The position numbers were made by a program, and so were the translations under genes. A model generated the notes under the pieces. The model had not been told where the DNA came from and did no database searches. It saw only the letters and a program-made list of their open reading frames with translations. This document shows, piece by piece, positions 58,738 through 64,000 of a DNA stretch of 64,000 nucleotides. The first letter of the stretch is position 1, and each line of letters begins with the position of its first letter. Origin of the DNA: Myxococcota bacterium (lineage in GTDB: Bacteria > Myxococcota_A > UBA9160 > UBA4427); NCBI GenBank assembly GCA_036336835.1, contig JAYZFK010000040.1, forward strand, positions 1-64,000, given 5' to 3'.

Positions 58738-58819
58738 CCTATTTCTCACATTCATTTTCCACCAGCCGATTCCAGCGCCGCGACCGGACCCCCGGCGTGG
58801 ACGCGCAAGGACCCGAACC

Positions 58820-60220
58820 ATGCAGCAGCTTCCGAGCGTCGACACCGTGTTCCTGTCGATGGAGACACCCGAAACTCCCGGCCACATCGGTGGCCTCACC
58901 ATCCTCGATCCCAGCACACACCCCGAGGACGCCTTCGACTTCGACCGCTTCGTCGAGTTCGTGGCCGAGCGGCTGGCGCTGTGCCCGCGCTTCTCGTGGA
59001 CGCTGCAGCAGGTGCCGCTCGGCTTCGACCGACCGTACTGGGTGGAGACCCCGGACCTCGACTTCGGCCAGCACATCCATCGCCTGGCCGTGCCCTCGCC
59101 CGGCGGCCAGCGCGAGCTCGCCGATCTAGCCAGCCTGCTCTACCCGCAGCCGCTCGATCGCTCGCGCCCGCTGTGGGAGATGACGTTCATCGAGGGCCTG
59201 CAGGGCGGACGCGTCGCACTGCTCTGGAAGGTCCACCACTGCCTGATCGATGGCGCCTCGGGCGCCGGGCTGATCGAGTTCCTGTCCGATCTCGAGCCGA
59301 CCCCGGCCAAGTGCAATCCCGCGCAGCTGGAGGATCTCTCGCAGGCGGGCACACCCGTCGGTGCGCTTCGCATGCTCGCAAACGGCGCGCTCAACGCCAT
59401 GCAGCGCCCCGGCGCCGCAGTCAAGCATCTGGCCGCCGCCGGCCGGGGCGTGATCGAGCAGATCCGCACGGAGGGTCTCTCCGGCACCAGCATGGCACCG
59501 CGCGTCTCCTTCAACGGCGCGCTCGGTACGCGGCGGAGCATCGCGTGGTCGCGCCTATCGCTCGAACGTGTAAAGCAGCTGAAGCGCGAGCTCGGCGTCA
59601 CTGTCAACGACGTCGTGCTCGCTCTGACTAGCGACGCGGTGCGGCGCTACCTCGCTGAGCGTGGCGAGCTTCCGGAAGACTCGTTGTACGCGGCCGTCCC
59701 GGTATCGATTCGCGCGGAGGGTGACAAGTCGATCGGCAACCAGATCTCCGAGGTCTCGGTCGAGTGGGCCACCAACCGCGAGGACCCTCTCGAGCGGCTG
59801 TTCGCGATCCACGAATCTTCGACTGCGGCCAAGGCCCGCGTCCACTCCGGCAAGCTGAATCTGGTCGAAGCGATCGCCGAGTCGCTGCCGCCGGGCATGC
59901 TGTCCCTGCTGAGCCACGTCGGGGCCAGCCTCGCCGAATCGTCGCCGCTGCCCTCCAACGCCGTCGTCTCGAACGTCCAGCTGTCGCCGCACCCGTTGTA
60001 CGTGGCGGGCGCGAAGATGGAGGGCATGGTGCCGATGTCGCTACTGGCCCCGACACAGGGGCTCAACATCACCGTGCTCACCTACAACGGCGAGATGCAC
60101 TTCGGCGTGATCGCCGACCCGGACCTGGTCGACAACGTGTGGACGATCGCCGACGCGATTCCGAAGGCGCTCGGTGAGCTCGAAGCGGCAGCGGAAGCCG
60201 ATCCCCGCTTCGCGGGCTGA
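58820..60220 (+). CDS. Wax ester synthase/diacylglycerol acyltransferase (WS/DGAT)
   Basis: PLDRSRPLWE, catalytic HHCLIDG, TVNDVVLA, VSNV, LNITVLTY. Confidence 0.95.
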   Translation: MQQLPSVDTVFLSMETPETPGHIGGLTILDPSTHPEDAFDFDRFVEFVAERLALCPRFSWTLQQVPLGFDRPYWVETPDLDFGQHIHRLAVPSPGGQRELADLASLLYPQPLDRSRPLWEMTFIEGLQGGRVALLWKVHHCLIDGASGAGLIEFLSDLEPTPAKCNPAQLEDLSQAGTPVGALRMLANGALNAMQRPGAAVKHLAAAGRGVIEQIRTEGLSGTSMAPRVSFNGALGTRRSIAWSRLSLERVKQLKRELGVTVNDVVLALTSDAVRRYLAERGELPEDSLYAAVPVSIRAEGDKSIGNQISEVSVEWATNREDPLERLFAIHESSTAAKARVHSGKLNLVEAIAESLPPGMLSLLSHVGASLAESSPLPSNAVVSNVQLSPHPLYVAGAKMEGMVPMSLLAPTQGLNITVLTYNGEMHFGVIADPDLVDNVWTIADAIPKALGELEAAAEADPRFAG

Positions 60221-60309
60221 GCCGCCCAGCCGACCTCGCTGCTCACTGCCCCGGCAGCCGGACGCGGCCCGGCCCGCCGGCAGCGGGGAGCACCGGGCCG
60301 ACCGACGAC

Positions 60310-61419
60310 TCAGGCCTTCTCGAACTCCGGGATCACGTACTTCCCGAACTGCTCGAGCGAGCTCAGCGTCTGCTCATGCGTGATCTTGTACGGGTTGGCG
60401 AGACAAAACAGCAGGTCACAGCCGGCCGCCTCGTAGCGCTTGGCAATCTCGATGCATCGATCCGGATCGCCGACCAAGGCAGCCGCCGAGTCGCGGATGT
60501 AGTCGAAGGTCAGCTCGTTTACCGCGCCCGATGAGTGCAGCTTGCTCATATCACCGGCGTAGTGATAGGTACCGAGATCTTCCTGGAACTTGCGCGCGTA
60601 ATCGGCCGTCGCTCCGATCAGCTCCGGACCCTTCTTCGGGTACCAGACCATCGATTCGGCGGCCTCGTCGTAGGCCTGCTGATTGGTGGCGGCACAGTGC
60701 GCCATGGTGAAGGTGACGACCTGCTCGTTGCGGAACAGGCCCTTCGGCTTCTCGCACTCCGCCTGACCCTTGCGATACGCCTCGACGCGCGGAATCAAGT
60801 CCTCGGGTGGCACTCCGACCGCAAACGAGAGCAGGCCAACACCCATCTTGCCGACTTCATAGTGGCCATCGACGCTCGTCGTAGCCGACCAGATCGGCGG
60901 GTGAGGCTGCTGCACGGGCTTGGGATGCACGCGCCGGCTGGGCATCTGCCAGTACTTGCCCTCGAACTCGTACTGATCGTTCGTCCAGCAACCGACGACG
61001 TGGTCGATACACTCGCCGAGCATCTCGCGCGTCTCGTGGGGGTTGATGCCGAAGCCCTCGAGCTCGAGCCGCGTGGCCGAGCGTCCGGTGCCCCACTCGA
61101 CGCGCCCGTCACTGATGCAGTCGAGCGTGGCCACGCTCTCGGCGGTGCGGACGGGGTGGTTGTAGGGACTCGGGGTGAGGCGCACGCCGTAGCCGATGCG
61201 CAGCGTGCTGGTGCGGGCGGCAATCGCGCCGTACAGCACCTCGGGGTTGCTGCAGTGCGAAAACTCGTCGAGGAAGTGGTGCTCGACGCTCCAGAACGAG
61301 TGGAAGCCCATCTCCTCGGCAAACACGGCCTGGTCGACGGTGTGCCTGATCGCAGCGGCCTCCTTGCCCGGGTCCCAGGGGCGTGCGACGGGGATCTCGG
61401 CGAAGAGAGCAAACTTCAC
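60310..61419 (-). CDS. LLM-class flavin-dependent oxidoreductase
   Basis: WSVEHHF, NHPVRTAE, GRVEWGTGRS, PKPVQQPHPPIW; GTG after AAGGAG. Confidence 0.93.
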   Translation of the reverse strand: MKFALFAEIPVARPWDPGKEAAAIRHTVDQAVFAEEMGFHSFWSVEHHFLDEFSHCSNPEVLYGAIAARTSTLRIGYGVRLTPSPYNHPVRTAESVATLDCISDGRVEWGTGRSATRLELEGFGINPHETREMLGECIDHVVGCWTNDQYEFEGKYWQMPSRRVHPKPVQQPHPPIWSATTSVDGHYEVGKMGVGLLSFAVGVPPEDLIPRVEAYRKGQAECEKPKGLFRNEQVVTFTMAHCAATNQQAYDEAAESMVWYPKKGPELIGATADYARKFQEDLGTYHYAGDMSKLHSSGAVNELTFDYIRDSAAALVGDPDRCIEIAKRYEAAGCDLLFCLANPYKITHEQTLSSLEQFGKYVIPEFEKA

Positions 61420-61760
61420 GATGGACTCCTTCCAGGTCAGCGTTCTGGCGCCGCGCATTGTACGGGCGGCGGCCTCTGGATGGAAAGAGAAAGCCCCGCG
61501 CGCGGTTGCCAACGGCAGGCCACGTTGGTCAGGCTGACCGCGTGACGACTCGTTCCCGCACCCGCTCGCTCGCGATGGCGCTGTGCGTGATGGCTGTCGC
61601 CTGCGATCCGCCCCAGTCGGCCGGCGGGCCGGCGGGCCGGCAGCCCCTCCCTTCACGCCGCATCCGCAGACTCGAGCCACGATCCAACGATTGACCCGCC
61701 GACCGTCCCGCGTCGGCCTCGACGCGGACCGAGCACTGCTATGTTCGGGTGGGAGGACCG

Positions 61761-62324
61761 ATGTCGAAGATCGAGCTCGAGGATCGCGGCCGCTCGCTGG
61801 AAGACGAATTCTTCCGGAAGGAGCAGGCCAAACAGCTGGAAGCGCTGCGCAGCGGCAAGCAGCGGAAAGAGGCGATCGAGGCCTTGCGCGAGGCATCGGG
61901 CCTGACCGATGAAGACGTGCTGGGCAGCCTGGTCGACCTCGGGGTCAGCGCGGCAACGCTCGTAGCCTTTGCGCTACTGCCACTGGCGCTGGTCGCATGG
62001 GCCGATGGAGAGCTCGCCGACGAGGAGCGCAACGCGATCCTGCAAGCCGCCCGAGAGACCGGCATCGCGGAGGGCAGCCCCGCACACGACTTCCTGAGCA
62101 ACCTGCTTGCCGCCAAACCGGCGGCCGCATTGATGGACGCCTGGGAGGCCTTCGTCACGACCCTGCGCGAGCAGGCCGGGCCCGAGGCCTTCGCGGCGAT
62201 CGGCGGCAACGTCGTCGAACGCGCGCGCAGCGTCGCCGAGGCCGCCGGCGGCATCCTCGGAATCGGCTCGATCTCACAGCCGGAGCGCGACGCGCTAGCG
62301 CGCGTCGAGGCCGCACTCAGCTGA
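61761..62324 (+). CDS. TerB-like helical protein
   Basis: VAWADGELADEER and VAEAAGG...ISQPERDAL motifs; ATG after GGAGG. Confidence 0.75.
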   Translation: MSKIELEDRGRSLEDEFFRKEQAKQLEALRSGKQRKEAIEALREASGLTDEDVLGSLVDLGVSAATLVAFALLPLALVAWADGELADEERNAILQAARETGIAEGSPAHDFLSNLLAAKPAAALMDAWEAFVTTLREQAGPEAFAAIGGNVVERARSVAEAAGGILGIGSISQPERDALARVEAALS

Positions 62325-62369
62325 CACGGCCCTTGATGTAGCGGATCCAAACACCGCCGGCGCGCTCCG

Positions 62370-63770
62370 TCACTCGAGATATCCGAGCGCCCGAAGGCGC
62401 TCGGCCGCGTCGTCGCGCCCGTCCTCGGCATTGCCGCCCGAGCGCGCCGACGGCGGCTCGACCCGCTCGAGCCTCGCCTCGAGGATCTGCCGAAGGCCCG
62501 AGGCAACATCGCCGAGCTTGGCGTCGAGGTCGGTGGTCTCACGCGGATCGAGCACGAGATCGTAGAGTCGAGCCTTGCGCGACGGCAGGTGCATCGTGAG
62601 CTTGTACCCGCCGCGAACCACCGAGCGCCAGGCCTGCCAGGAGCTGAACACGCTGCGCTCGGGCGCCCGAGCGCCCCCGATGAGCCGACGCAGGCTGGCT
62701 CCGTCGAACCCATACTGGCTGGCATCGATACCCAGGTAGTCGAGCAGCGTCGGCACCACGTCGACGTTGCCCGCCGCGGCGCGCACTACCTCGCCCCCTT
62801 CGACCCCCGGAATCCTCATGATCAGCGGGGTCCGGATCTGGGTATCGCGCACACCCTGACAATGCTTGACCGATCGATGCTCGAGGAAGTCCTCGCCGTG
62901 GTCCGATAGCAGCACGACGACCGTCTGACCGCTCAGACCGCGCTCGTCGAGCCCGCGGAGTAGCGCGGCGAACTGCCCGTCGAGGTAGGCGATCTCCTCG
63001 TCGTAGAGATCGACCAGATGCTCGATATCGCGATCGCGCAGGTTGAGCGAAGCGCCAGGCTGCTCGAGTTGACGCGCGATCGGGTTCGGGTTGCCGTTCG
63101 CGATGAAACGAAAACCGCGGTACGGCTTGGCGAAGCGGCGCGTGTGCTCGGTCGGCGGCTGGTAGGGATCGTGCGGATCGATGTAGTGCAGGTACAGGAA
63201 CACCGGCCGGTCGTCACTCGCGGCTTGGTCGAGCAGCGCGAAGGTACGCTCGTTGACGCAGGCAGCCGAGCGTTGCTCGCAGCGCTCGTCGAAGGTCTCG
63301 AAGCCACGGTCGAATCCGCCGAAGAAGTTGTTGCTCGACCGCGTCTTGCGCACGACGACACTGGCCGAGACTGCGACGGTCCGGTAGCCCCGCGCGCCGA
63401 GGATCTCGGCGATGGTCGGGATCGCTGCGGGAATCCCGATCATCAGCTCGATCTGGTTCTGGAAGGCGATCGGGTCTCGCGAGGTCAGCAGCGAGTTGAC
63501 TGACGGAAACGTGCAGGGCGCCTGAGCGCGCGTGTTCTCGAACAGGACCGATTCCCGGGCGAACCGGTCGATGCTCGGGCTGGTGTCGCGCGGGTAGCCG
63601 TAGACACCGAGATGATCGGCGCGGAGCGTGTCCGCCAGCACGATCACGACGTTCCAGGACGGACCCGCTGCCGGGGGATCGCCGTCCGAGCACCCCGCCG
63701 CTGCGATCACGAGGGTAAGCGCCAGCTCGAGGCCTCGGCCCCTCCCGCGGGGTCCGATTCGGCAGAACAC
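62370..63770 (-). CDS. Sulfatase-like (alkaline phosphatase superfamily) probable lipoprotein
   Basis: Lipobox-like AAGC; ADTLRADHLG, APCTFPS, HYIDPHDPY, LYDEEI, SDHGE, RLRALGY. Confidence 0.88.
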   Translation of the reverse strand: MFCRIGPRGRGRGLELALTLVIAAAGCSDGDPPAAGPSWNVVIVLADTLRADHLGVYGYPRDTSPSIDRFARESVLFENTRAQAPCTFPSVNSLLTSRDPIAFQNQIELMIGIPAAIPTIAEILGARGYRTVAVSASVVVRKTRSSNNFFGGFDRGFETFDERCEQRSAACVNERTFALLDQAASDDRPVFLYLHYIDPHDPYQPPTEHTRRFAKPYRGFRFIANGNPNPIARQLEQPGASLNLRDRDIEHLVDLYDEEIAYLDGQFAALLRGLDERGLSGQTVVVLLSDHGEDFLEHRSVKHCQGVRDTQIRTPLIMRIPGVEGGEVVRAAAGNVDVVPTLLDYLGIDASQYGFDGASLRRLIGGARAPERSVFSSWQAWRSVVRGGYKLTMHLPSRKARLYDLVLDPRETTDLDAKLGDVASGLRQILEARLERVEPPSARSGGNAEDGRDDAAERLRALGYLE

Positions 63771-63819
63771 CGGGCGATCGTACAGAACCAGCGCGCCCCC
63801 GGTCCCCCCCCGGGGGTAT

Positions 63820-63905
63820 CGATCTTAAAATGTAATAAAGATATGTCAAACAATGATCTATTTATATTACTTATACAATATATGTGTTGTTTTAACATAT
63901 GGATT
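63820..63905. promoter_or_regulatory. AT-rich island at a divergent promoter
   Basis: Sharp AT-rich tract in a GC-rich background; shares CGATCTTAA, ATATGT and ATTTATATT with the 29438 island. Confidence 0.55.
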
Positions 63906-64000
63906 AGGCGCTCGCTGCTGACGCTGGCCGGCGTCCTCGCGTTGCTGACCGGCCCCGCCAGGGTCGCCGATGCCGACCACCACAAAGTGGCCGTCCTGGG
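63882..64000 (+). CDS. 5' part of a probable secreted protein (runs off the window)
   Basis: MCCFNIWIRRSLLTLAGVLALLTGPARVADADHHKVAVLG; basic then hydrophobic signal-peptide pattern, open to the window end. Confidence 0.5.
   Translation, partial: MCCFNIWIRRSLLTLAGVLALLTGPARVADADHHKVAVL

Noticed and set aside
58717..58744. dif-like site (contains ATAATGTATATT)
   Set aside because: Only the centre matches; the XerD-side arm TTTTCCTATTT differs from TTATGTTAAAT at 5 of 11 positions. A promoter explains the tract better.
63890..63914. Reverse dif-like arms TTTTAACATAT and TTAGGCGCTCG
   Set aside because: The spacer is 3 bp rather than 6, and the region reads as a signal-peptide coding frame.

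Overview
High-GC bacterial chromosomal window with about 52 protein-coding genes. No rRNA, tRNA, CRISPR array, transposase or integrase was recognised. Two gene classes are interleaved. (1) Lipid/steroid/xenobiotic-type catabolic redox genes: three cytochrome P450s, five acyl-CoA dehydrogenases (four as tandem heteromer-type pairs), three SDRs, two luciferase-like monooxygenases, a Ddn-like deazaflavin oxidoreductase, a DUF35 OB-fold + thiolase-like pair, an acyl-CoA ligase, an epoxide hydrolase, WS/DGAT, amidohydrolases, a nitrilase and two TetR regulators. (2) Cell-envelope/secreted genes: four SGNH proteins, two GT-C-like polytopic membrane proteins, GT2, GT4, a GT2-methyltransferase fusion, a CmcI methyltransferase, a radical SAM/twitch protein, three sulfatase-family proteins and three secreted proteins with Ca-binding repeats and C-terminal sorting-type tails. 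The content is reminiscent of uncultured Myxococcota/deltaproteobacterial lineages (inference only). Best leads: a dockerin-like sulfatase plus a nearby membrane-anchored cohesin-like protein (possible surface enzyme-display system); a Cys-containing CGLGAEL C-terminal sorting signal; a beta-propeller/diheme cytochrome surface protein; two related AT-rich islands at divergent promoters; and a GT2 gene that appears to need a CTG start. Start codons were re-assigned by eye from RBS, gene-overlap and N-terminal motif evidence; all family calls are motif recognition, not database searches.
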